This document shows positions 10,522 through 20,833 of a DNA stretch of 64,000 bases, in pieces; the stretch's first letter is position 1, and the number at the start of each line of letters is the position of its first letter. Position numbers and translations under genes: made by a program. Location: assembly GCA_965214095.1 (NCBI GenBank), contig OZ243938.1, forward strand, positions 2,720,001-2,784,000, in the 5' to 3' direction. The notes beneath the pieces are model-generated. The model saw only the letters and a program-made list of their open reading frames with translations, did no database searches and was not told where the DNA came from. The stretch is from Candidatus Poribacteria bacterium (lineage in GTDB: Bacteria; Poribacteria; WGA-4E; WGA-3G).

Positions 10522-11528
10522 CAATTCCAAGTCTTTAGACTTGGGTCAAAAAAGTTTGTATATTAATCTATTTTTTTATGGTATACTATTTAGACTGTTT
10601 CGGTGGTAGATGCTACTAACATCTACCACACCTTTAGGGTGAAACAGAATCTGCATAGAAGCAGTGATGCCATGTATAAGACACATGAAATAACATTAGA
10701 TCCTACATTTAGACAAAGGCATTGGTTTTCACAGCAATGCGGTTATGTCCGATTGGCATATAATCATGCCTTATCTGATTTTAAGGTTGGTTTATGTAAA
10801 GACAATTTTCAATCTTGGCAAACGTGTCCGATTACCCAAGATTGGATGGGTAAAGATGTTTCAAGAGTTGCGTTTTATTGGTAAGATTATTAGTGTGACA
10901 ATTTCAAAAACGGTACATCGTTGGTTTATATCTATTACTGTAGAAACAGAGGACACCGAAGCAGTTGACAACTCAACGCGCCCTGTTATAGGTATAGATG
11001 TAGGTATCAACACACTTGCTACTTTGAGTGATGGCACTAAATATGAAAACCCAAGACCATTGAGACGTGATGAAAAAAAGTTGAAGCGTCAAAATCGTGC
11101 CTTGAGTAGAAAAGTGTATAAATCAAAAAACTGGTATAAAGCCAAAGAAAGCGTAGCACGTTTACATTACAAGATTGCCTGTATTAGAAATGACGCACAC
11201 CACAAAGCTACTACTTATTATTGTCCTGCAAGTGCTATCGGCATAGAAACCTTAAAAGTTGCTAATATGCTAAAGAATAAAAAGTTGGCAAAAGCATTAT
11301 CAGATAGAACATATCACTGTCCTAAATGTGATATAACTATAGATAGAGATGTTAACGCAGCTATAAATCTAAAACCAACTGCCGTCGGATAGACGGGAAG
11401 TTACGCTTGTGGAGTCCAAATAAGACCTAACACCGTTCAGGAAAAGGCATGAGAGACGGAAACAAGAATCACATAGGGAGTTGTGTGCCAAAGAAGCACA
11501 CGGCTTTAGTCTCCGTAGTGAGTATCAC
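10522..11528 (+). mobile_element. degenerate IS200/IS605-family (tnpB-only) element
   Basis: Left hairpin CCAAGTC-TTTA-GACTTGG (10527-10544) after TTAA; right-end hairpin ending in TCAC (11525-11528); tnpB remnants inside. Confidence 0.7.
10672..11392 (+). pseudogene. tnpB: tnpB pseudogene with internal deletions and frameshift
   Basis: N-terminal HTH fragment in one frame; GIDVG, IETL, CPKC and DRDVNAAINL in another; REC region and region before the zinc finger are missing. Confidence 0.85.
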
Positions 11529-12420
11529 ACGAACACTACTAATTCATCCAGATATGCCCGATATTGAGAGAGAACACGGTTTCTCAAATATCAACGGTCC
11601 ATCGCTAATTCGCGTGCCAGATTGGGTAGAAAACCCTTTGGGTAAATACTACCTCTATTTCGCACACCATCGTGGATCCTATATCCGTTTAGCTTACGCT
11701 GATGAGATTGAGGGACCTTATACCGTTCATCGTCCCGGCACATTGCATCGTGACAACACTGTCTTTAAGGGTTGCGACCACATCGCATCACCCGATGTCC
11801 ACATTGACGAAGACAACCAACGTATCATAATGTATTTTCACGGCAATTATCGTGGTGGACAGGCAACTTGTTGGGCAACATCTGAAAATGGCATTGATTT
11901 CACAGCAACAGAGACATTAGAAAAACAGCAAGGACCTTATTTTAAAGTGTTTTGGTGGAATGGTTTGCCTTATGCAACAAATCACAACATGCTGAACCGC
12001 GGCAAAACAGCGGAATGGACGACTGTATTTGAAAGACGAGACGCGCCGCTCTTTCCCGGTGAACAGGGTAAAGGAAGAGACGGCACACCGCGCCATACAG
12101 CAAATCATCTTATCGGAGATACACTGACGGTCTATTATTCACTGTATGGGGATACACCTGAACGGATTTTGAAAAGCACGGTGGAACTGACGGAGGACTG
12201 GAATGATTGGCATGCCTCCCCACCGATGGAGGTTATCGCGCCAAAGTACGATTATGAAGGTGTGAATATACCGATTATTCCTTCAACAAACGGACTTGAC
12301 CGGGAAATGGTGCATCAACTTCGCGATCCGGATATCTATTGTGAAGGTGAAGATACATGGCTGCTCTATTCCGTGGCGGGTGAACAAGGAATTGGGATTA
12401 CAAAACTTCCATCTGAATAA
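11449..12420 (+). CDS. five-bladed beta-propeller glycoside hydrolase-like protein; 5' end formed by the IS right end
   Basis: NINGPSLIRVPDW, YYLYFAHH, HIASPDV and LRDP motifs. Confidence 0.65.
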   Translation: MRDGNKNHIGSCVPKKHTALVSVVSITRTLLIHPDMPDIEREHGFSNINGPSLIRVPDWVENPLGKYYLYFAHHRGSYIRLAYADEIEGPYTVHRPGTLHRDNTVFKGCDHIASPDVHIDEDNQRIIMYFHGNYRGGQATCWATSENGIDFTATETLEKQQGPYFKVFWWNGLPYATNHNMLNRGKTAEWTTVFERRDAPLFPGEQGKGRDGTPRHTANHLIGDTLTVYYSLYGDTPERILKSTVELTEDWNDWHASPPMEVIAPKYDYEGVNIPIIPSTNGLDREMVHQLRDPDIYCEGEDTWLLYSVAGEQGIGITKLPSE

Positions 12421-12424
12421 GAAA

Positions 12425-13585
12425 TTAGTCTATTTCACTTGACAAGGCACGCAACCGATTGATTGTCTTTACAACTTCATCTGCGACAATATCAACTTCA
12501 TCCATCGTATTGAAACGTCCCAAGCCGAAACGAACAGCCGTCACTGCCAATTCATTCGGAATACCCATTGCAACTAACACATGCGATGCAGTTACGGATT
12601 CAGAATCGCATGCGGAACCTGTGGATACAGCAACATGCTTAAGTCCTGCCAAGAGGGCGTGACTTTGCACACCAGCAAAACATAGGTTTAGGTTTCCCAA
12701 CAACCGATTTTCAGGATGACCGTTGAGATGGATATCTGCCAACTGCGATGCTAATCTTTGGTGGAGGACATCACGTAATGGTCCAACCGATTTTTCTTCA
12801 GTTTTGAGTTCCATTGCAGCTTGACATGCCTCACATGCTGCACCCAAACCAACGATCCCCGCGACGTTCAGTGTTCCCGGTCGAATACCTTCTTCTTGTC
12901 CACCGCCATAGAATAGTGGATCCAAACGTGTACCTTCACGAACATAAAGTGCACCGATACCTTTAGGACCATAAATCTTATGAGCAGTGATGGATGCCAT
13001 ATCAAGACCCAACACATCCATACTTGACTCAAGTTTGCCAACACCTTGCACCGCATCTGAATGAAACACCACACCGTGCTTTGCAGCAATATCGGCTATG
13101 TCACGAATTGGGTTGATTGTGCCTACTTCATTATTGGCATACATGAAACTCATCAGGATGGTTTTCGGTGTAATAGCAGCTTCCACATCATTGGGGTTGA
13201 CCATACCGTATCTGTCAACAGGTAGATATGTGGTCTCAAAATCTTCCTTATCCAAGGCATGGCATGTATCAAGTACCGCGTGATGCTCTGCCGTGCTTGT
13301 GATGATGTGATTTCCTTTATCTTTGTAAGCGTAGGCAACACCTCTAATGGCAAGATTGTCTGATTCGGTCGCGCCACTTGTAAAGATAATTTCATCTGAG
13401 GAACAACCCAGCAGCTTTGCGACTTGATAACGTGCCTTGTCCACCGCATCTTTAGCGGTAACACCGAATGGATGTGTACTGGCAGCATTGCCGAAGTGTG
13501 TTGTTAAATAGGGCAGCATAGCATCAAACACTTCAGGGGCAATTGGTGTTGTTGCATGGTTATCCATGTAGATAATGTCATTCAT
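12425..13585 (-). CDS. iscS: cysteine desulfurase (IscS/NifS)
   Basis: DNHATTP, AHKIYGPKG (PLP lysine), STGSAC. Confidence 0.9.
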   Translation of the reverse strand: MNDIIYMDNHATTPIAPEVFDAMLPYLTTHFGNAASTHPFGVTAKDAVDKARYQVAKLLGCSSDEIIFTSGATESDNLAIRGVAYAYKDKGNHIITSTAEHHAVLDTCHALDKEDFETTYLPVDRYGMVNPNDVEAAITPKTILMSFMYANNEVGTINPIRDIADIAAKHGVVFHSDAVQGVGKLESSMDVLGLDMASITAHKIYGPKGIGALYVREGTRLDPLFYGGGQEEGIRPGTLNVAGIVGLGAACEACQAAMELKTEEKSVGPLRDVLHQRLASQLADIHLNGHPENRLLGNLNLCFAGVQSHALLAGLKHVAVSTGSACDSESVTASHVLVAMGIPNELAVTAVRFGLGRFNTMDEVDIVADEVVKTINRLRALSSEID

Positions 13586-13662
13586 ACGGGTTGTCCCTTT
13601 ATTTATAGGCACACGCAGTCAATCTTTTTCAAGCACTACATATCTAAGCATATCTATATTCT

Positions 13663-14700
13663 CTATAGTCGTTCTCTAAACATGTCCATCATTCCATCTG
13701 GCGGATCGAACGGTAATTCAATGACTGTGTTGCTTATGCCGCTATAGTAGATACCAAGCAGCAAATTGAATTCCGCAAGGGATTGAGATAGGTTTGTAGG
13801 ATGCACCTTACTTTCATCGTCTAACCAATCAAATACTGCTTCAGTCAAATTTGTTTGGGCGACTGCATTTTGGTCACCATAACTTAGATTGCCACCTTCA
13901 TAACCACCCTCTGGTGTATAACGTTCCCAACTCTCAAACCGCCAGTGGACAAATCCTGTTTCACCAAAGACACAGACCCGTTTATGACGATTGTTACCTG
14001 TTCCAGGATTCACACGCGGTGCCATCTCTGGACCGAAAGCAACAGATGCCTGTACACCATTTTCATAGGTTACTAAACCGGTAGCATTCGCGGGTGAGGG
14101 TTGTGCTCCATCCAGATTACCTGCTCCAACTATTTGTCCCATTACCTTCACTGGTTGAGAGTTGTCAATATAGGAAGAGACTAATTGAAGAACGTGCGGT
14201 GCTTGGTCTACGGGAGGGTTGCGTGCACTTGCTTCAATGAACTTGATCGCACCAATTTTACCATCTGAGACATCACGTTTCAACTCAAGATTTTTGGGAT
14301 GAAAGTTGAGTTGTGTGTTGATACAGATCTTTGTCTTGGTACGTTTAGAGAGTTCATAGATTTGCCGCCAGTCTTCGCTTTCAACAGCAATCGGTTTTTC
14401 AATAATCACCGCAGGAACACCGTGTTCTGAAGCCTGATTCAGCAGCGAATACCGAATCCGTTCATTGCTACCACGCAAGACAGGGGCAGTCACAATGTGT
14501 AAGAGATCCGGTTTCTCTTTAGACAGCATTTCATCAAGATCTGTGTAGCGTGAATCTATATTGAATTCCTCACCGAAACCTTCAAGTAGGTCTTCCTTCA
14601 TATCACAAATAGCGGCAAGTTTTCCACCTTTGACATTATCGTAAGCACGTGCATGAGCACGGGCACGACCACGACACCCAAGAATCGCACATTTATACAT
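13663..14700 (-). CDS. Gfo/Idh/MocA family oxidoreductase
   Basis: Rossmann start, IEKP motif; RBS AGGAG before ATG 14700. Confidence 0.85.
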   Translation of the reverse strand: MYKCAILGCRGRARAHARAYDNVKGGKLAAICDMKEDLLEGFGEEFNIDSRYTDLDEMLSKEKPDLLHIVTAPVLRGSNERIRYSLLNQASEHGVPAVIIEKPIAVESEDWRQIYELSKRTKTKICINTQLNFHPKNLELKRDVSDGKIGAIKFIEASARNPPVDQAPHVLQLVSSYIDNSQPVKVMGQIVGAGNLDGAQPSPANATGLVTYENGVQASVAFGPEMAPRVNPGTGNNRHKRVCVFGETGFVHWRFESWERYTPEGGYEGGNLSYGDQNAVAQTNLTEAVFDWLDDESKVHPTNLSQSLAEFNLLLGIYYSGISNTVIELPFDPPDGMMDMFRERL

Positions 14701-14904
14701 CTTGTTCTCCTTCAGCAAAATTGTTCTATTTATCCGTATGTATGTATGATGGAATTACCAATCTCATACATCCGATATTATATGTGGATTGCACATTAAA
14801 AGCAAATTATATCCCTGGTAAATTAAAGTTTGTAATGCTATAGTATTTACTTGTCCTGCCATAACAGAACCATACAACTCTTTCTGATACCATGGACAAA
14901 ACAT

Positions 14905-14943
14905 GCGTTCGTAGTCGCGCAATTCATTACGCCTCGGACATTC
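14905..14943. repeat. family-3 GTAG-REP (GTAGTCGCGCAATTCATTRCGC)
   Basis: Reverse-complement match to 6948-6986 and 41324-41361; degenerate copy near 27672-27708. Confidence 0.75.
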
Positions 14944-15114
14944 TTCACCTCAGTGTGAACCTATCATCTCAGAATAAGCACAATATTTGAGTCATCCTTA
15001 GACAAACCGTTTCCATAATTTTTGTCTTGATTAATAGTCATGTTAGGCAGTATAATGTTATATAAATTATTATTAATATTAATTATACTTTATATGATGA
15101 AAGGATAACCAAAA

Positions 15115-17220
15115 TTGAAAAAATTATTCATTCTTATTTCACTTTCTTTATTCTCCGGAATACATCTATCTTTATTTAATGTATCTGCACAGAATTGCAC
15201 ACAATTAAGCTTACCAGAAAATGCAATAGCGCGTTTATGTACGCAAGATAATCAACCTTTTGTAGATTTAGATTTTTCTCCAGATGGTAAGACTTTAGCA
15301 AGTGTAGTCAATTGGGTACGGAAGGTAGTTCTATGGGATATTGAAAATAAGACAGCAAAAATGACTATTAATGACGTTAATGGGAAATATGTTAGGTATT
15401 CCCCAGATGGTAGGACACTTGTATGTGGTGATGTAATATATGACACAACAACTGGAGAACCTAAGCTGCTACTATTAGATGGTGAAGGATATAGAGATTA
15501 TGTCCTCTTTTCTCCGGACGGTAAAACCTTAGCGGGAGCAGGACCAAAGGGAATTCGTTTTTGGAAATCAAATGTAGACGAACCAAATACAGATGCGTTG
15601 CCTGTAGGTGAAAGACCTATAAATGTCCTACCTACAGATGCATCGGTTATAGAAATGCCTGAAGCGAGTCCCACATCAGTTCCCTTTGCCACATCATCAA
15701 CAACAGTGACTGGGATTAAAGGATTAAGTTATTCTCCTGATGGGAAAGAATTAGCCGTAGCTTGTAGACTTGGTATTTGGGTATATAATACAGAACAAAA
15801 TACCGAAGTCGTATTACTTAAAAATCGAGATGATCAGGTTTTCTCTGTATCATATTCTCCAGATGGGAATATTTTAGCAGCGGGTGATCATCATAACATT
15901 TATTTACATGATACCAAAACAAAGAATTTGAAATTTAAATTTGACCGTAATTTCTGGATTATTTCATCACTTATCTTTCAAGACAATAATACACTTATAA
16001 GCAGTGATGCTCATGGCATAAATTTTCTTGATACTACAACTTTTGAATATAAACGGATATTATCCACAGAAGGCTTTCACTTTCACATGGCAATTTCTCC
16101 TGACGGTAATATATTAGCTGCTTCAGGTCGTGATGACACAGTTTTACTATACGATTTAATATCCTATCCAATTGTTAGCATTACACCAGATTCGGTTACA
16201 TCTTTAGCTGTCGGAGAAGAATTAGCATTTGATGTCAAAATTACGAACGGCAAAAACCTATCAGGTTATCAAGCAACAATAGAGTACGATCTAGACTCAC
16301 TTGAATATGTAGAAACAAAATATGGAGATTATTTATCTGGTGGAGTACCCGTTCAACCGATTGTTAGTACACGCAATGGCACAATACAACTCGCAGCACT
16401 CTCCTTAACGGGTGTTGAAAGCAATGGTGATGGAGTTATCGCAACGATTAAATTCAAAGTCAAAGCAATTAGGACTTCAAAATTAGGTTTACGAGATGTT
16501 ATCTTAACTAACAGTGAAGGGAAAGAATCTTATGCCTGGATTGATGGTGCACAATTACTAAAAACCGTGATTACAGAGGATGGAGAAAGTGTAACTTGCT
16601 CAACAAATATCAGCGAAGACGTGAATAAGGATTGTATTGTCAATATCCAAGATTTAGTGCTTGTTGCCACTAAGTTCGGAGATAGAGGCGGCATTCCAGC
16701 AGATGTTAATGGTGACGGAACGGTCAATATCGTAGATCTTGTCTTAGTCGCTGGTGCTTTTGGAAATACAGCGGACGCACCCGCAATCTATGCGGAGGGA
16801 CAAGAGATGCTCTCTGCGTTCAATGTGCAGCAATGGTTGCGTGAAGCGCGGACAGTTAACTCAATGGATCCTACTTTTCAACGAGGGATTCTCGTGCTTG
16901 AACAACTTCTGATGGCAGTACTTCCGCAAGAAACAGCACTTTTGTCTAACTATCCAAATCCATTCAATCCAGAGACGTGGATACCGTATCAGTTAGCAAC
17001 ACCTACCCCTGTCTTCATATCTATCTATTCTGCGGGTGGTAAGTTGGTTCGGACGCTGGCAATGGGTAATCAACCTGCGGGACTTTATCAGCATCGGAAC
17101 CGTGCGGCATATTGGGATGGGAAGAACAATGTTGGTGAGGCTGTATCAAGCGGAGTTTATTTCTATACCTTAACCGCAGGTGAATTCTCTGCAACGCGTA
17201 AGATGTTGATTTTGAAATAA
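15115..17220 (+). CDS. secreted WD40 + cohesin-like + dockerin/EF-hand + C-terminal FlgD-Ig/T9SS-like sorting domain protein
   Basis: SPDG repeats; cohesin-like GDGVIATIKF; DVNxDGxVNIxDLVLVA twice; NYPNPFNPETWIPY...WDG...RKMLILK. Confidence 0.85.
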   Translation: MKKLFILISLSLFSGIHLSLFNVSAQNCTQLSLPENAIARLCTQDNQPFVDLDFSPDGKTLASVVNWVRKVVLWDIENKTAKMTINDVNGKYVRYSPDGRTLVCGDVIYDTTTGEPKLLLLDGEGYRDYVLFSPDGKTLAGAGPKGIRFWKSNVDEPNTDALPVGERPINVLPTDASVIEMPEASPTSVPFATSSTTVTGIKGLSYSPDGKELAVACRLGIWVYNTEQNTEVVLLKNRDDQVFSVSYSPDGNILAAGDHHNIYLHDTKTKNLKFKFDRNFWIISSLIFQDNNTLISSDAHGINFLDTTTFEYKRILSTEGFHFHMAISPDGNILAASGRDDTVLLYDLISYPIVSITPDSVTSLAVGEELAFDVKITNGKNLSGYQATIEYDLDSLEYVETKYGDYLSGGVPVQPIVSTRNGTIQLAALSLTGVESNGDGVIATIKFKVKAIRTSKLGLRDVILTNSEGKESYAWIDGAQLLKTVITEDGESVTCSTNISEDVNKDCIVNIQDLVLVATKFGDRGGIPADVNGDGTVNIVDLVLVAGAFGNTADAPAIYAEGQEMLSAFNVQQWLREARTVNSMDPTFQRGILVLEQLLMAVLPQETALLSNYPNPFNPETWIPYQLATPTPVFISIYSAGGKLVRTLAMGNQPAGLYQHRNRAAYWDGKNNVGEAVSSGVYFYTLTAGEFSATRKMLILK

Positions 17221-17260
17221 ATGATAATGTATGGTATAATGATATAAGGAGAATAATACA

Positions 17261-17500
17261 ATGCATATCTCACCCATCTATAAGGAAATCATAGATTTCA
17301 TCGCTGCAGGCACGACACCTCAAAATTTGGTAGAGTTTCGTCCTTCAAAAGAAGCAAAAGAACGGGTAGCAGATCTGATTCATCGTGAAAAGACAACTGG
17401 GTTGACATCTGAAGAAACAGCAGAACTCAACCACTGTTTGCAACTTGAGCATCTGATGCGTCTTGCAAAATCCAGCGCACGGCACTATCTGAAAGAATGA
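17261..17500 (+). CDS. small hypothetical protein (putative antitoxin partner of HNH)
   Basis: RBS AGGAG; ATGA overlap with the HNH gene. Confidence 0.7.
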   Translation: MHISPIYKEIIDFIAAGTTPQNLVEFRPSKEAKERVADLIHREKTTGLTSEETAELNHCLQLEHLMRLAKSSARHYLKE

Positions 17501-17940
17501 GTCGAACATACGTTTCTACTGCACTAAGACAGTTAGTCAAGACACGTGCAAATGGGTTATGTGAGTATTGTCTTATCCACGAAGAGGATACTTACTTTGG
17601 CTGTCAAGTAGACCATATTATCAGCGAAAAGCATGGTGGGTCAACTGAAGAAAATAACCTTGCTTACGCGTGCTCGTATTGTAACCGCAGCAAAGGTAGT
17701 GATATAGGTTCTATTGTGTTTCAGACCGAACAATTTAGTCGTTTCTTTAATCCGAGAATTGATCTATGGACAAACCACTTTAGGTTAGAAGGCGTAGAAA
17801 TAGTTACTCTCACACCTATTGGAGAAGTCACCGCCCGTATTTTGGATTTTAACCATGTTGATCGGTTGATTGAACGGCAGGAATTGGCAGGTCTTGGTCA
17901 ATATCCTTCACCAGATGCTCTCATGTTGATTGCAAAATAA
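17497..17940 (+). CDS. HNH endonuclease
   Basis: CEYC...DHII...HGG...NL...CSYCNRSK. Confidence 0.9.
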   Translation: MSRTYVSTALRQLVKTRANGLCEYCLIHEEDTYFGCQVDHIISEKHGGSTEENNLAYACSYCNRSKGSDIGSIVFQTEQFSRFFNPRIDLWTNHFRLEGVEIVTLTPIGEVTARILDFNHVDRLIERQELAGLGQYPSPDALMLIAK

Positions 17941-17955
17941 CTCAACGATTCTATC

Positions 17956-18957
17956 CTACCGTGCACCCACTACACCAACAGCCTTACGAACCTTTCTCAT
18001 AATTGGCACAGCGATATCACGCGCTTTTTTGGCACCGCTCTCAAGCACTTTGTCCAATTCTCCGCGATTTTCCATCAACAGATTATATTGATTACGTTGT
18101 GCAGAAAACGTAGTCTCTAACAATTCAAATAGATCTTTTTTCATGTCACCATACGCGAGTCCACCGTCAACATAGAGTTGCCGTTTTGCTTCAACTGCAT
18201 CCGCATCCGCAAAGTGACGATAGATAGCAAAGACATTACATTCATCCGGATCCTTCGGTTCTTCAGGACGTTTGGAATCTGTAACAATACGCATCACCTG
18301 TTTTCTGACTTGGTTTGATGGTGCAAAAATCGGGATAACATTGTTATAACTTTTGCTCATTTTCCTGCCATCAAGTCCAGTGATTGTCATCACCTCTTTC
18401 CGAATAACTGCTTCTGGCACAACCAACACTTCACGATAATTATTATTAAACATCATAGCGACATCACGCGTGATTTCAAGGTGTTGTTGTTGGTCAAGTC
18501 CTACAGGAACGACGTGAGACCCGTATAGCAGTATATCTGCCGCCATCAGAACTGGATACGTATACAGACCCGTGTTGATACCTTTGTCCTCTTCGCGTCC
18601 CGCCGCCACATTATCATCCACAATAGTCTTGTATGCATGTGCTCGGTTAAGCAATCCTTTTGAAGTCCAGCAGGCTAACACCCATGCCAACTCGAATACC
18701 TCTGGTATATCAGATTGGCGAAAGAAAATCACATTGTCTGGGTTCAATCCTAATGCCAACCAAGTCGCTGTCACCTGATATGTCAAATCTTCCAATTCTT
18801 TCTTGTTCTTCACAGTGGTAAGTGCGTGGTAATCTGCAATGAAATAGAGTGCCTGATAATCCTGTGCAAGTTCAAGCGCAGGTTTGATCATACCGAGATA
18901 ATTACCGATATGGGGTTGTCCTGTCGGTTTTATACCCGTTAATGCTATCTGTTTCAA
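17956..18957 (-). CDS. trpS: tryptophan--tRNA ligase
   Basis: HIGN, KMSKS, DQQQHLE. Confidence 0.97.
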   Translation of the reverse strand: MKQIALTGIKPTGQPHIGNYLGMIKPALELAQDYQALYFIADYHALTTVKNKKELEDLTYQVTATWLALGLNPDNVIFFRQSDIPEVFELAWVLACWTSKGLLNRAHAYKTIVDDNVAAGREEDKGINTGLYTYPVLMAADILLYGSHVVPVGLDQQQHLEITRDVAMMFNNNYREVLVVPEAVIRKEVMTITGLDGRKMSKSYNNVIPIFAPSNQVRKQVMRIVTDSKRPEEPKDPDECNVFAIYRHFADADAVEAKRQLYVDGGLAYGDMKKDLFELLETTFSAQRNQYNLLMENRGELDKVLESGAKKARDIAVPIMRKVRKAVGVVGAR

Positions 18958-19011
18958 TTCTGTTCTCCTATATTTATTCTAACCATATTATAGCCTACAG
19001 ATTCTGAGATG

Positions 19012-19878
19012 TCAATTCAACCTATGCACAAGCACCTTATCACCAGATTCTAATCCTAAATGTGCTTCTGCATTGCCTAAATTTATCGCAATTTCTAACA
19101 ACCCAAAACTGCCTATAATTGCCAACGGTTTACCTGCTTCAGATTCAGTATAAGTGCCATTCAATTTCTTAAGACTTGTATTACCCGCTATTATCTCAAA
19201 TTGAGCAGACACTATGTATTTATCAAGTTCTTTAACTGTATCTTCATTCGATTCAGATGATAACAAAAAATCAGCGAGCATATTTTCAGTGATATTCGTA
19301 ATTAGATTACCAAAGCTATCAATATTGACAATTTGTCCTGTTAATGTATCATGTGTAGTGTGGATCGCCGGGAAAGGAAATCGGATGAGTTCTCGGATCG
19401 GAGTACCGATATCTACAAGTGAAACACCGAGTGATAAATGCGCAGCAACAGGTGCGAATATATCTCTGCCGTGGAAAGTATTGCAAACTCTCGGTAGAAT
19501 GTAAGTTGGATTTTCAATGGATACTGCCTTTACCGTCTCAGTTTCTTCGGTTTCAATGTGCTGAAGCAGATAACTTAACACCCCGTTGTTAGGACAAACA
19601 AAGAAACCGTCATCCGTTTTGCAAACCATCGCTTGCCGATCACTGCCAACGCCAGGATCTACGATGACGACATGTATCGTTCCTTTTGGAAAAAAGCGAT
19701 ATGCTGAGTTGATTGTAAAGGCAGCCTCATGGATGTTTTGTGGGGTGATGGCATGTGTGATGTCTACAATCTGCACATTCGGATTGATGTTTAGGATGAC
19801 CCCTTTCATCACACCAACGTATACATCGCTTGTGCCAAAATCGGTTGTTAATGTGATGAAAGGAGTAGGTCTGTTCAT
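19012..19878 (-). CDS. SAM hydrolase/SAM-dependent halogenase family (DUF62)
   Basis: TTDFG, VDPGVG, TFHGRDIFAP, DSFGN. Confidence 0.9.
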   Translation of the reverse strand: MNRPTPFITLTTDFGTSDVYVGVMKGVILNINPNVQIVDITHAITPQNIHEAAFTINSAYRFFPKGTIHVVIVDPGVGSDRQAMVCKTDDGFFVCPNNGVLSYLLQHIETEETETVKAVSIENPTYILPRVCNTFHGRDIFAPVAAHLSLGVSLVDIGTPIRELIRFPFPAIHTTHDTLTGQIVNIDSFGNLITNITENMLADFLLSSESNEDTVKELDKYIVSAQFEIIAGNTSLKKLNGTYTESEAGKPLAIIGSFGLLEIAINLGNAEAHLGLESGDKVLVHRLN

Positions 19879-19906
19879 TATTTGAAGGACTCAGGTTGAG
19901 TCGAAA

Positions 19907-20707
19907 TTACAAATTTTCCTGCATCCAGGCAAAACTCTTCCGTTGGCCAGTGCCATCATTTTCTCTACCTTCATATTCACAACACCAGACACCGTCATAA
20001 CCTGCTTCTTTCAAACAACTGATTGCTTTTGCCAGATCGATCTCACCTTCACCGAGTGCTTCACCACGATAATTTCCGCGTGAACCTGTACCGTCTTTCA
20101 GGTGCGTGTGTAGTGTCCAAGGTGCAATGATCTCATAGTATCTGCCCACTGTCTCTAAATCATGTCCCGCCCAACGGTAATTCATCGTATCCATATTTGC
20201 ACCAACGTGCTTAGAACCTACCTGTTCAAACAGCTCAACTTGCAAATCACCATCATTGGTAACCAATCCGTGGTTGTCTACAGCCAAGTAGACATCATCA
20301 CGTTCAGCAAATTCAAGGCATCGCTTCAAGCATCCAGCCATTGCTTCTACCCAACGACTTTCAGGTACAGAATCTTTCATAGACCCGCCTTCTGTACGTA
20401 AAACCGAAGTTCCTACAAGTTTTGCCAGTCCAGCAATCCGTTCCATCCGCTCAACTTGTGTCTGAATAGTTTCCTCATCTAACACAACAAAGTCATTTCC
20501 TGCTCCGAGTGCTGAGACCTGCAAACCGTAAGATTCAACTTGTTCTCTAACAGATTCCGCGTTCTTTTCCGGTTCAGCGGTATCCGATTTCCAAACATCA
20601 CCGATGGAAAGTTCAACGTACCCGAATCCTGTTTCGCTTGTAAATTTAAGGAAATCGTCAAGTGAATTGCCTGCGTAGTTATAATGGATTAATCCAAGTT
20701 TTGACAT
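19907..20707 (-). CDS. sugar phosphate isomerase/epimerase (AP_endonuc_2 TIM barrel)
   Basis: DNH, DTMN, HTHLKD, EYEG. Confidence 0.85.
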   Translation of the reverse strand: MSKLGLIHYNYAGNSLDDFLKFTSETGFGYVELSIGDVWKSDTAEPEKNAESVREQVESYGLQVSALGAGNDFVVLDEETIQTQVERMERIAGLAKLVGTSVLRTEGGSMKDSVPESRWVEAMAGCLKRCLEFAERDDVYLAVDNHGLVTNDGDLQVELFEQVGSKHVGANMDTMNYRWAGHDLETVGRYYEIIAPWTLHTHLKDGTGSRGNYRGEALGEGEIDLAKAISCLKEAGYDGVWCCEYEGRENDGTGQRKSFAWMQENL

Positions 20708-20833
20708 GATTGTATTCGTTCCTTCCAATAAAGAATTCTTGCATATATTTATGTGTTATGCTATAATACCTTTATAGTAGGATTGCTGTCAAGGAGAATC
20801 TTGAATACTGATTATGAATAGGTATAGACAATA

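Noticed and set aside
10595-10650. Group I intron/IStron in the tnpB leader
   Set aside because: Only one nested hairpin of about 55 bp is present. It is too short and lacks a recognisable catalytic core.
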